A stretch of DNA of 53,394 nt, filler included, from Sphacelaria rigidula (Eukaryota): NCBI GenBank assembly GCA_964200075.2. It is 3 parts of 3 records of this genome, joined end to end, with 100 filler letters (N's around TTAATTAATTAA, not from the genome) between each part and the next. Parts side by side here need not be neighbours in the genome. Positions count along the whole stretch, not along the records: positions 17,837 to 35,571 come from CAXNAA020001007.1; 2 more parts are not named here. One strand, 5' to 3'. Positions 24,401 through 35,671 of this stretch are shown one piece after another (the stretch's first letter is position 1; each line of letters opens with the position of its first letter). Under the pieces are notes generated by a model. That model was given only the letters and a program-made list of their open reading frames with translations. It made no database searches and was not told the DNA's origin. The position numbers and the translations under genes were made by a program.

Positions 24401-27400
24401 GATAACCTACCGCAAGTAGTGCATACCTTCCGTTTTTCTTCACGAGAATGCTGACATCCGGCGAAGATATCGTTCCGTCCCCTCCCCGACAACGCGTTGG
24501 TATCAAAATGTGCCGTCAGGGCCTGTCAAATACGAATGACGATGCCCCTGAACATGGGAGTCTTCGCTATAATAGAACGTTTTCATCCTACTTGTTGATT
24601 TGAGATCACCTTTCCCCCCTCCCCTGACCATGACGAGAGCATATCTCCTCCGCAAACACCCCCGCCCGGGGAGCGAGGTTGTTTGACGTATTGATCATTT
24701 GCAGACGGACTACAACTTGTGAACGCATGAGATGTACCATGAAAACATCGACGCCCTTACTAGGTGCTCATAAGATAGTCAGGAGCACTTCTGTTCGTTT
24801 GCGACAAGACAAACCGATGGATAACACGGCCGAGCACGGGTACTTCCTCATCCCTCGAGAGGAAAATGGGCCCGGCCTCCGCATGGGACCTCGCCGATGC
24901 ATTGGAGATGTTTTCCGTGTAGTCTATCATGCACCTGAATGCGTTACTATTTATGACGACGTCATGCATGTACTGAAACAGCCGAAACAAACGAGGGGCA
25001 ACGGTAGGCCGCAACTTGGTCCGAGGTCAAATGGATTGATCAGGACCCTTTGGTCGTCAAAATTGGGCCCGCAAGATCTTGGGCTGGAGTAGCGCGTAAT
25101 CGCCCTGGGTTCATCGCTTATTTACACCCCCTTGAGGGCATAAAGCTCTTCCACGGACCGTGATGATGTGGTGAAGTTTGTAGCGGTGAGCTTACTGATG
25201 GAAGAATGCTCCGGTGCTAGTTTCAGCCCCCATCTCTTGAGCCGTGACGTCTTCTGTGCACTTCACGGTTGATTCTTGGTGTTGCAAAGCAGCAGCGCAG
25301 AATCAGTGTCTCCTGTTAGGTCTTCGCACTAACGACTTTTGACCAATAATGGCCAGTTCTGAGTGTTGGGATCTTGATCTTGTGTGGGGTCTTATCGCTG
25401 ACGAAGACATAATTATGAGGGTATTCGGTTCATTTTTATCATGGCCTAAAAACAACCCGAACGAAGACATCGCGCGTGCGATCTCCAGCGTACACGCTAC
25501 GATTTATCCTTTTTCTAGAGGGCCATTTTTTCACTAGCTTTCAAGATTATTTGCAATTCTCATCTCCAGCTCCGACTACTCCACAGTATCCTTCGCTTTG
25601 GAATCGTTCGATTTGAGCGGTGGCGCGAAGCGCCAGAAACGTTGTTTAACGGGTAGTAATTACAAACGGTCTTAAATCCGTTCCTTCTGCAGACAGCTTT
25701 CATTTCCTGTCGAGCTCCCAAAGGGCTGCGTTTAACCTTCGTTTGATATCAGAGAAAGTATCTTCTGGGGCTATCGCGTTCTTGGATGCTCTGAGAAACC
25801 ATTATTTCGCCTTTTTACTTGGATTTTTTAAAGTACACGTTTTTGCTGATACCCCTTCGCTTGCATTTCGCTCGACATAATGGTGCGTTCTGTTTCTGCT
25901 TGGGTTTGGAGTGCATTTGCTTCCTGCACTGTTCTGCGTGGCGTTAGGGCAGGCGATGCGATGCGTTGCGTTCAATTTCATGTATACACGCCTCAGCGGA
26001 CTATTCGACCGTCAAGGGGTACAGTCATCCAGCTAGACCGTTCAGTTCAGTTGTGGAATAGGCATCGATTTTGCTTGATAATCGAATCGGCATCATGTTC
26101 ATTTCGACATAAAAGGCGCGAGAAGAAGCTTGCCGTCGCTCTGCATGAACCTTTCGACAGCGAGAGTAGGTCATCTGTTGAAACGGCATCAATTTCACTT
26201 GACAATAGCCTGCATGATCCAGGTAGACTTCACTCACGGGCAAGGGGTTGAATACAGTCTACCTCTCGAGGCAGGGATTGCTCGCCTCGTTCATGTTTTG
26301 ATGTTGCACGCATGTCCCGTCGTCTCAACTGTACTTCCTTTCTCCCTGTCTCCGCACTGCTGCTACTACTTTACGCCAGACATACTAGTTTTGTTCATCT
26401 TGACCAGCCGGATACAGCGGTCTATTATGATGATGATTGTTATTACTGCACATTAGTCCGATTTCTTGAACCCGTGGTCACGGACGTAGGCTTGTCTTTC
26501 CAATACCGCCCCTGTTATTCATTGCAGATTGTCATCGTTTTTTCTGAGATTCGAGACAATGACATTAAAAAAAATGAAAATAAGGAGAGAGACGTCTAGG
26601 AAACAGAAATAGCCGTGCCCGCGTTCATCGGGGTGAGATTAAAACAAACCCTTCAGTGGTGTTCACTTTTTTCGAATTTGAATCGGCGCCATATCAACGG
26701 ATGCTGGTCTTTCGTGTGTGTGTGCTGGGCGCGCCTCTCACACCAATCATCGTTTTTCATCGAATTTTGAACAGGTTTGTGCAAGGCCACGAACAACGTG
26801 CTCAGCTTAGAAACAACTACGGCTTTTTCTTCAAACTATGCCATGCGCGATTGCGGAATCCACATAGCTATCACCGGTGCCCATATATCTCGGTTATTGA
26901 TTCATTGGGCGTAGCGGCGGAAGCCGCCGAAACCCTCGTGTGTACATTTTTTTAATATAACCCTCTGCCCGTCCCAGAAACATACCAAGGGGCTGATGAA
27001 AAGGGGAAACGGGGGGAGGTGGGAGATGCTCACTTGTTGCTCGCCGTAGTCATTTGACCATTTATCACACACAGCAGGACAGGGCAGGAGTGATACGAAT
27101 GCCAACTCATTGATTCATTTGATCGAACCGATTGGCTGTGACACGTTGAGTAACGCGCTTACGAATCCTACTCTGTCCACGACATAGACGTGCCCAAGGT
27201 CAATCTGGGGGGATCTTGCTAAAGCAATAACAAATAAAAGCAACCCGGGAAAGGAAAGGGGGGATTAATTTTTGAAAAATATACAGGGATAAAAAAGTAG
27301 ATTGAAGAGAAATATGAAAGAGGAACAGAAAAGTCGATCTCTTGACACTACAGACTGTTCCGAGGAAGGGTGGAAGGCTACAAGTTCGACGGGATGAGGT

Positions 27401-28835
27401 ATGTATGTGTTTTACATGTATATAATTCAACTTGGAGGAATGTGGAAGATGCAAGTCTGCATTGGAATAATTTTTATTTAGTCCGCAAAACGTCTCAAGT
27501 TTTGCCTGAGAATTGAGATCAATGGGTGTTGAAAGTGTCATCTTTGTTCGACTGCATCTGTCATCCATCCGCCAAACGCCTCTCGATTAAAACTACCCGC
27601 CCATCCCCCTTCCCCCCCTCCTCGTGACTCCAGATTCAGCCCGGCATGCCAATAGCGCAAGGACAGGCAGCAGTTCAAACCGCGGGGACCGGCTCGTCGA
27701 CCGGCGCATCTGCCGCCTCGGCCTCTTCCAACTCACCTTATCCCTCAGGTCCCCTGCATCCGCCGTCGCCGGCAGGCTCCACAGCATCGATCACGGGCGG
27801 AACTGCCGCGGGCGATGTCGCCAGGAGCAACCCGAGATTGCCCCTAAGCTTGGCATCCAAGGGCGCCGGGGGTGGGGGCGGGGCTGACGGGGAGGAAAAG
27901 TCGGCTGGTGAGACGGGAGGAATTCCAGCTGGCGGCGGGGGCGGCGGGGGCGGCGGAGTTGGTGGATTACGAGCCGTCAGCGGTTCCGGTTTGGCGGGAC
28001 AGAAAGCAGGGTCCGGTCTCGGATCCTCCAGCGGTAGCGGTAGCGGTGACTCAGGCGACTCAGGTGGTGGCGTCAGTAATAGTGGCGGTGCGATAGGGGC
28101 GCAACAACACCCCCAGCGTTCACAGCAGGCGACGTTGATGCAGAATTTTGAGGCGTCGACGGCCGCGTCTCGCGCTGCGGCGGCCGCGGCGGCATCGGTG
28201 CCGGGTGCTGGGGCTGAGGGGGGCGGTGTTGGAGGCGCGGCGGCATCCGGCGGTGCCGGCGCTAGAGGCGGCGGGAACGTTGCTGTGAGAACGATATGTT
28301 TCCCCGAAGTTTATTGTCGTTGGGGTGGTTTGTTCAGTTGCTGTGGTTAATATCTTCGTCCTTGTGTATTTAGGTTACGTTGGGGAGCTGTGACCCCTTT
28401 TAAATGGCTCCGTTTTGACGGGTGTACTGTGGCCCTGAAATAGACGTGGGGAAAAAGAACACCGTCGATGAAATATTCTTCCTGCCTCAGTTTATCGCAC
28501 TCGAGAGTCGACCTGTGTTGTCACACAACGCACACAACCCACGCGACGCGTCCTTGATGTCCGTGTTTGTGTGCGCGTTTCATTTCAATGGCGTGCGCTG
28601 TGCGGATGTTTGTGCAATGTCGCGGATGCGCCAAAAACGAACAGAACGTGCTGCAGCAGCATATACTCATGCAACAGCAGAGGCAAATGGCTACCGTGGT
28701 GGCCCAACAGCAGCAGCAACTCGTGCGTCAGCAGCAGCAACAGCAACCACCGCTCTCGACTCTTCCGCCGTCATTACCGCCGGTAGCAGGCCAAGCCACG
28801 AACCCCGTTATTTCGACTGACGAGCAGTTAAAATT

Positions 28836-28871
<36 letters not shown>

Positions 28872-31800
28872 AGTTGGGGTGTCGCACATCGTTTCTGATG
28901 GCTTCCTCTATCCGAGTTTAATCCAGGGCCATGCCGCTTCCGCCGCGACAGTGGCAGGAGCAGCAGCAGCAGGAGCAGCAGCAGCAGGAGCAGCAGCAGC
29001 AGCAGCAGCGGGGGGCGGTGCACCAGTTACCGGTGGCGCGACTGGAGGCTTGGGAGCACCGTTCGCCGGCCAGCCGTCGGCGTCCCTCCTACAGAGCCTG
29101 TGGTCGGCGGGCGGAATGGAGTTGGGGGGCCATCAGCAAGCAGCAGCGGCGCTTGGCCTCCAGCACCAGCAGCAAGCGCGGTTCCTTCCTCTCAACACAT
29201 TCCCCGGCAACGGCAGCAACAAGAACGCTGGTCAAGGCCTAGCACGCGCTGGTGTCGCCGGGAGCGGGGAAGCGGGGGTCGGAGGGCTGGCTGCCGCGAC
29301 TGTCGACGCCGCGATCAGCAGTCACGGCAGCAACAAGACCGGGAATTTGCAATTTCAGGGTCTAGGGCATGCGCCGATAGGAGCTGCACCAGCTCCCGCC
29401 GCCGCCGCCGCCGCCGCTGCCGTCGCCGCTGCTACTGCATCAGTCAATTCACCTTCGCCGGTTGACTTGGTCTCTATTCAACCACGCCAGCAGCAACTGC
29501 AACAGCAGCAGCGAATGGAAGGGGCTGCGGCAGCCGCAGCTGGTGCTGGTGGAGGCGCGATGATGGATTTTGGGCTGCCAGGCTATGGAGGCATGTTACC
29601 CGCTGCCCCTGCCACCGGCCAGGGTGGAGCAACGATGGGCGCCGGTGGCATAGAGAAAATCCGCCCTCCGCCGATAGGGTTGGGTTCTGGCTTCACCGGC
29701 AGGCAGCCCGCGGTTGGCGCCGGCAGTGCCGGTGCGGCCGGCGACGAATCTGGCAATAACGGCGGCAGAAGCGGTGCAGCCGTTGGTAAAAGTGCTGCGG
29801 TAAACGACGCCGGGTCAGGTGCGCCAGATGAGGCGGCGACGGCGGAAATCAACTCGCCATCTCCACGGCCACTGCAGGAGTTGGGAGATTATGACGACTG
29901 GGGGCCCGAGGGCGAAGAGGAGTTCATGAGCATGCTCAACCTCGCTATGGACGAGCAGGTGGCGGTTGGTAGGAATCCTAGTCGGCTTGGTGGTAAAGGG
30001 GGAGTTGGGGGGGTATGTCGGCCACCGTGAGCGGCCGCGAAAGGTAAAGCTGGCACATGTTTGTGGTTTTGAGCATGTGCACGATATTCGTGTCGTACTT
30101 CGGACACTTTCTATGATAGCTTCCCCCCCAAACTGTCTGGTTTGTGGAGGCAAAATCTTGACGTAAATTAAAATGGAAAAGGCCGAGCACAACGAGCAGC
30201 TGAGAATTACCACGCTTGGGTTCGTTCTCGCCAATGTCGTCCATATGAGGCGCTTCGTGCAGCCTGAACCCAAACATCAGGCGCTGTGCCATTTATTTCG
30301 TGACGCTTCTACACTGATTTTTCGGGAGGGGCTATCGTAGAAAATGCCTTCGGTTCGGGGTCTTGGGGGAAGTGAGGCATATGTGTATTTGCGGTCGATA
30401 GCTTACGCCGTCTGCCAACTCGGAGCCTACTCTCCACGTTGCAGCCTATTCTCCTTACTTTTTTTTTCTCTTCTATCAAACTGGGACTCACTCCTTGCGC
30501 CGTGCGCCTCCTGTGCCCCCCCCTCCCCATCTCTGTTCTTTCCTGCTGACTTGAAGGACGCCGAATCAAAGAAAAACGAGCCGGGAGCCAGCCTAGACGG
30601 GCTGGGGTGGGATGAAGAAGTATTCAACTTCGAAGGTGTGGGCTGCGGTTGCAAAAGTAGGCTTGCTACTCGGAAGAACTGTGCTGAGAACTCGGTGTAG
30701 TGGCTGGGGTTGAGTATGTCTTGGTGCTGCCCTCAGCTTGAAGAAACTGTTTCTGGAAAAGACGAGCAGTGCACCATACCACGTCCATGGCCAGAGAAAA
30801 ATGCAGGGATGAACATGTTACATACGTGACACATTTGAAAAAAAACGGGAAAAACGTAACTTCGAGCCAATGAACGCTACGTGAGGTTTGATTTTTTGGA
30901 CGCGACAAATGTAACGTAACATGACGGAACGTGTGGACCTTGAAGCAGTGTCTCTTGGGATTTTCCAGATGTAAAAGAAGGCTGTTTTTGTGGATTTGTA
31001 ACGTGACATGTCACGTTACAAATTCATGAATGAACGCAGAGTTTTCGTCACATTTGGACAGTAAAACGCCATGTTAGGGTTTATAGGAGGGACCACACGT
31101 TACATCACGTTAGGTTACGTTTGTCCCATCGAAAAAAAATCAAACCTTACGTAGCGTTAAATGACTCAGGGTTACGTTTTTTTCGAATGTGTCACGTAAA
31201 AGCGTCACGTGTAACGTGTACACCGATGAAAATATGTTGTGGTTTCTCAGTGTGTCCGGGAGTACATGCACTTCGTTTCGGTGTACACGGTTGTACCTCA
31301 CCTCACACCCCCGGGCGCGGGCCACCGCTGTCTTTACTTTGTTCTTTTTCTTTCCTCTTAGACCAGTATGGATGCGACGACTTGGGCGAGAAGGATGACG
31401 GAAAGAACGCGTTCGGTTACGGCACGAGGGTGCGCCGCAGACAGTTTGTAGAGAAACTAGAGAACGCCAAGCTGGACATCGAGGCCGACATGAGGGCGCG
31501 CGCCGAGGAGGCGAAGCTTGCCGTGGGGCTTCGGGAGCAGTGGAACGAAAAAATACGGGTGAATGCTTCAACTGTTGTATGTTTCGTGTTATCGCGCTGA
31601 GTTTGGTTCTCGCGCACTTCCTCCTCTTTGTCTTCGTTGTTGTTGTTGTCGTTGTTGCTGATGATGTTGTCGTTGCCATGTCATTCAGCCGGAGTCTCTA
31701 CATCCCCAGTCAATCACTGCTTGAGAAGGCAGTTGAACCTTCTCAAACTCATTTCCTGTGCCGCACCATCCCCCCTTTCCTCCGTTGCCGCTACTGTTTC

Positions 31801-34367
31801 GCCAGAAACTTGCTCGGGCCGTGCTGTGTCGGTGGTGGACACAAGATCACGTAAAACCCCCAAACGACAGCTCTCGCGTCCCTGGCGTTGTTGCTGCCGT
31901 CACGCCGACCAAGCTCGCGAACTGTAGCGACATCGCGATTAACGCTAGCAACAGCGGCGGGCTCCGGGGCGGGAGTATAAGTGGGTGGCAACAGCTCTTG
32001 ACGGAGAACGCAACGGTTGTCGCCCCGGTAGAGATAGATGGTGATGCTACCTTCAGGGACGATAGCTCTTGCACGGAGACAGGGAGCGGTGTTGGCGGCG
32101 GCACCGAGAACAAGACGAGGAAGAGCGGGGGCGATGCAGATACCTCAACGAATAGGCGAGACCGGCAACGGTGCCTCGTGACGGTGACATCGGCCAGCGG
32201 GGCTGCAAAGCTCGAGATGCTAGGCGATTTGAACGCCGTGAGGGAGAAGGAGAAGGAGAGGGCGGAAAAGACGACCATATCGGAGGAGGCGACGTTTGTG
32301 TCGCGAGCAGCCGAGCGGATGCTACGCGGACTGGCGGCCGTACAGGCCGAATCCGAGAGGATGTGGATTTGGCGGGAGACGCTCGGGCACCCGACAACCG
32401 CGGGCAATGTTCGACTGAAGGTGGAGGTTCACGTGAGTTTTTTTCGTTCTTGTTTCGGAGGGTGGTCAACGTGTCTTACGCTCACCACGTTTCGTCGTGC
32501 AAGTTATTGCATGGTGTGTACGTTTACTCACGTCGGAGAAGCAAATTGGCTCCCAGGTCCCCCCCTTCGCCCCCCTTTCCTCCTCCCCGACCCCGGTGGC
32601 CCTCACCGGTTCCGTCACCATGAATCCACGTGACCATTGGTTCAACTGTCGTTCTAAGAAGTTCAAAGTATTAGTCATATGTTTTCGCCTCATCTTAGAC
32701 ACACACGACATCCATAACCCCTGTCCGCGAAAAATCGATCGAAACGCGAAGCAGGTTGATCACTGGTCCTTCGGGGAGCGGGAGGTGATGTGCGCGTGGC
32801 GCGCGTCAACACGCAACGCCGTCATGTGCGGCGGTCGCAACGAAGTGGAGACAAGCGGAATGATGGCTTTGTCGCTCTGGACGAGTGAAGACGGCCAGCC
32901 GCCAAGCGTGGACCCCAAGCCGTTACCCGCTACTTGGGCCATCCTCCGCTCGGCGGAGCAGCATCGACCGGAACCCTCTTCCTCCTTGCCTTCAAAGGCC
33001 ACCGGCGGCGGAGTGATTTCGCGGGGAGCGTCGGCGCAGCGCTCAGGTATTGGTATCCCACCAAATCTGAACAACAGGCGCAAGCTAGGGGTGTCTTCTG
33101 TGACTGATCTCAACACCCGCGAGGAGCGACGGCTACCCTCGTCGATAGATCCTTCGTGTCCGGAAATCGAGACGCCGAGTGCAACGGCCGCTTCTGGCGG
33201 TGATTCCTCTAATGTTGGCATGAAGAGATCCAGATTGGAAATGGAGCGTGGAGGCAACGGAGGGAGTGATGCAGGCGAAACTAGCGCCAATTCGGATCCA
33301 GATGGCGCCGTCGCATCTACCGCAGGAGAGGAGGAGGAAGAACCGTGGCTAAACGCGCCACGCCGCGAGGGAGGTTGTGTCGATACCCGACACAGCCGTG
33401 GGCGTGGCGCCGGCAGGCCCGCACTCAACAGTCGCGAGCCGCCACCTGGCGGTGGTGGTGGCGGCGGCGGCGGCGGCGGCGGCCGCATCGATTCAGAAGC
33501 GAGTGCAGGCGTGGTGACGGCGGTTTTTGCGGCGGCTAGCGGTGGCACCGAAACGAATGGGAAAAACAATCGCCTGGAAGGTGCTGGAAGTAGCGACGAC
33601 GGGAGGCCTGCTATCATACAGAGTAATGACTCCATGCTTGCTGACCGTTTTCCGCCGCTCGTGGGCGGGGGCAGTGATGGCAGCGTTTGCGGCGGGCGAC
33701 GGCGGCGGCGTGTTGAAAGCGATGGGGGCGGGGGCGGTCCCCGCAGTCGAAGAGGTGGGCGAGGACCACTGGGCAAGATTGTCGGGGTTCCGCGACAAGT
33801 GAAGGCGCAGGACGTGCGCATTGTGTACGACGCGTGCACGTTCATTCAGGAGCTGGAGGTGAGATGTGCCCGTTCATGTGTGTGATTTGGGTTCACTTCT
33901 GATCACTGAGGGAAACCTTTGTAGAGTGCTGCGATCGTGGTGCCTGTTGTTGACTCATTCAAGGATGTAATTTTTTTATAAATCAAGAGGTTATTAAATT
34001 CATGATGGTTAGATTTTTGGTCATCGATGATTAACATCCTCCGGCCGCGTTGCGACCGACCCCCATACTGCCACCATGCCTTGTGATTTGCTGGTACTGT
34101 GGTACATGCCGTGTGTATACCACGATCGCCTCCCCGCCATTTAGTGCAGCTGTGCACATGTGTGTACCTCCCTTCCCACTATCACATTTTACTCCGCTGT
34201 CACGTCTTGTGCGTGCGTAATCTATCAGCCTTTCTTCTCTTTGCCCCGATTTACCGTGTCTCGTACACGATGCATTGCTCCTTTGATTCCAGGAAAGCTT
34301 CGGCGTAGAGATACCGCCAGTGCCACGTACACTAGAGAGGGCGCGACGACGGCCGCGCCTGCGTCGG
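18460..34367 (+). CDS. Large Gln/Gly/Ala-rich protein (at least 1417 aa, 5'-partial); possible transcription cofactor with a tentative Med15-like C-terminal region
   Basis: Exons 18460-18540, 20157-20279, 27634-28284, 28645-29958, 30557-30635, 31362-31558, 31806-32432, 32755-33858, 34293-34367. All junctions are AG/GT and phase-compatible (0,0,0,0,1,0,0,0), giving an open frame. The last exon has a donor GTAAGG at 34368, or it reads on to TAG at 34470-34472. The exon structure is well supported; the product identity is not. Confidence 0.7.
19300..19585 (+). mobile_element. SINE-like family B, diverged copy
   Basis: Collinear with 40890-41144 (gagttgacgcggtg.gg.agtg.tga, gacgggct.at, cccc/ttgagaccacggactc.tc.cgaggaagggg, A-rich end). 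Confidence 0.65.
20690..20760 (-). pseudogene. tRNA-derived sequence (SINE head or tRNA pseudogene)
   Basis: Minus strand reads gccccagtggtccaagtg...caagttcgaatcccgacagatacttttttg: A-box-like and B-box (GTTCGAATC) motifs, then T6. No complete cloverleaf. Confidence 0.4.
20834..21150. repeat. ACGT-rich MITE-related fragment (same family as 30804-31228)
   Basis: Starts ccgggatgtgcacgttgcac (cf. CAGGGATGAACATGTTAC) and has dense cacgttac/gtaacgt motifs. Confidence 0.55.
23951..24130. mobile_element. 180-bp MITE with 25-bp TIRs (hAT-like ends)
   Basis: Left CAGGGTCCTACACGTTACACGTTCA; right end reverse complement CAGGGGCTTACACGTTACACGTTCA. TSD not conserved. Confidence 0.8.
24177..24710 (+). repeat. 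Two diverged direct repeats (~355-bp period)
   Basis: tacgaatgacgat(a/g)cccctgaaca at 24178 and 24531, with collinear downstream similarity (gggga..gagg..tttt/g.acg, tcatttgc). Confidence 0.6.
26149..26247 (+). mobile_element. ~100-bp piggyBac-like mini-element, diverged copy
   Basis: Collinear with 39704-39794 (gcgag.gtaggtca.ctg.tgaa.cggcatcaat, catgatccag, aaggg|ttga). Confidence 0.6.
30804..31228. mobile_element. hAT-like MITE with ~130-bp imperfect TIRs
   Basis: 30804-30930 is an imperfect reverse complement of ~31100-31228; ends CAGGGATGAACATGTTAC and CATCGGTGTACACGTTAC. Flanks gaaaaatg and aaaatatg match at 6/8 positions, consistent with a decayed 8-bp TSD. Confidence 0.75.
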
Positions 34368-34698
34368 GTAAGGGCTGTTCATTCCCGGCGACAGCGGGAA
34401 TGCGAGAGTTTTGGATGTGTGAAGTGCTCTGCAAAGCAAATATTCGATGAGTTGGAACCTAGCTCTCTGTAGGCATGTATCGTGGAAATACCAACGAAGT
34501 ACCCCCAAGGGATTCACACTGATGTGCAAATTTTGCTGGACATGTATGTTCGGCGTGTTGCGCCAAACTTGGAAAGTGAAAAAGTCAGCAGAAATTCCAA
34601 CGCTACACTAAAACCCGGTGTGTTATCCCATGTTTACTTCCGCCTTAAGGACTCGCGCCTGTATTTCTGTTTCTTGGGTTTGTCGCGGGAAAAAGATT

Positions 34699-35303
34699 TC
34701 ACAGGAAGTCGCACGGGACGGCAATTCCCGTCCCGTCCTATCGCTTTGTCGGTGGAAAACGGTCCCGTGCCGTTCAGTTATATTTGGCGACAGGAAAACG
34801 GTCCCGTCCCGTGCTGTCCTCACGGGAAAATTCCCTGTATTTTTTGCAAGGATTCCTGTCGGATTGGAGGGAACTTCTCGCCAATTGAACAGAAATTCCT
34901 GTCCAAGCTGATGAGACTTGAATATATTTATGCTTGTATGTGGGAACATGATTTATAGACTGGAGTCCCTTCATCAGTCCATTCCTAAGTTACGTTTCGT
35001 ATGGAAGGGCGAACGGGCACAATTATTGCAAACAGGGCTCGTGACGGGATTGCACGGAACAGTACTTCCGTCGCAAGTATGAGACAATCTAGCTGCTGTT
35101 GTGTGGGATATTGTACACCAGCACACTGGTACTCATTCCTTCGCGAAAAATATTGCGGTGTCACTGCTTATTTCGGGGTGGTTACACCATATCCCCGTGA
35201 AGAGCGGACGGACTTTCCGTCCCGTCATTTGATTGGCGACAGGAAACCGTTCCCGTCCCGTCTCGTCGTTTTTTCGTGACGGTCCTGTCCCGACTTCCTG
35301 TGA
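34699..35303. mobile_element. MITE-like element with TCACAGGAAGTCG inverted ends and CCCGTCCCGT subterminal motifs
   Basis: tcacaggaagtcg (34699) and cgacttcctgtga (ending 35303); repeated cccgtcccgt and ttggcgacaggaaa near both ends. Confidence 0.6.
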
Positions 35304-35571
35304 TGAACCCTGCTGTTTTTTTTCGACTGCTGATGCCTCGCCATCATTGTCGGTGTGCACAAGGAGTCGTGAGGAAAAACTATGCCGAGTTATAGAACAG
35401 CCGTGTGTTTGAACAGTTGCCGAGGCTACCGCAAACGAGTGCGTTTGATACACTTGGTATGAATCCTGACATGCGGCAATAAACTGGTATCCTCCCCCCC
35501 CCGTGCCTGGTCCGGCGAGAACCCGGCGTGCTCCGTCCCAGCTTCGCAGGGGCGGACCCCCGATGGGGTTG

Positions 35572-35671
35572 NNNNNNNNNNNNNNNNNNNNNNNNNNNNN
35601 NNNNNNNNNNNNNNNTTAATTAATTAANNNNNNNNNNNNNNNNNNNNNNNNNNNNNNNNNNNNNNNNNNNN
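35572..35671. other. Artificial contig spacer (N44-TTAATTAATTAA-N44)
   Basis: Exactly 100 bp, same layout as 17737-17836. Confidence 0.97.

Noticed and set aside
32760..33845. 361-aa minus-strand ORF (and similar antisense ORFs at 50925-51500, 46559-47098, 31847-32407)
   Set aside because: Shadow ORFs of GC-rich plus-strand exons, with no independent splice or domain evidence.
34950..35005. Penelope-type hammerhead on the minus strand (ctgatgaagggactccagtc)
   Set aside because: No GAAA follows stem II (it reads ATAAA) and stems I and III cannot be formed.
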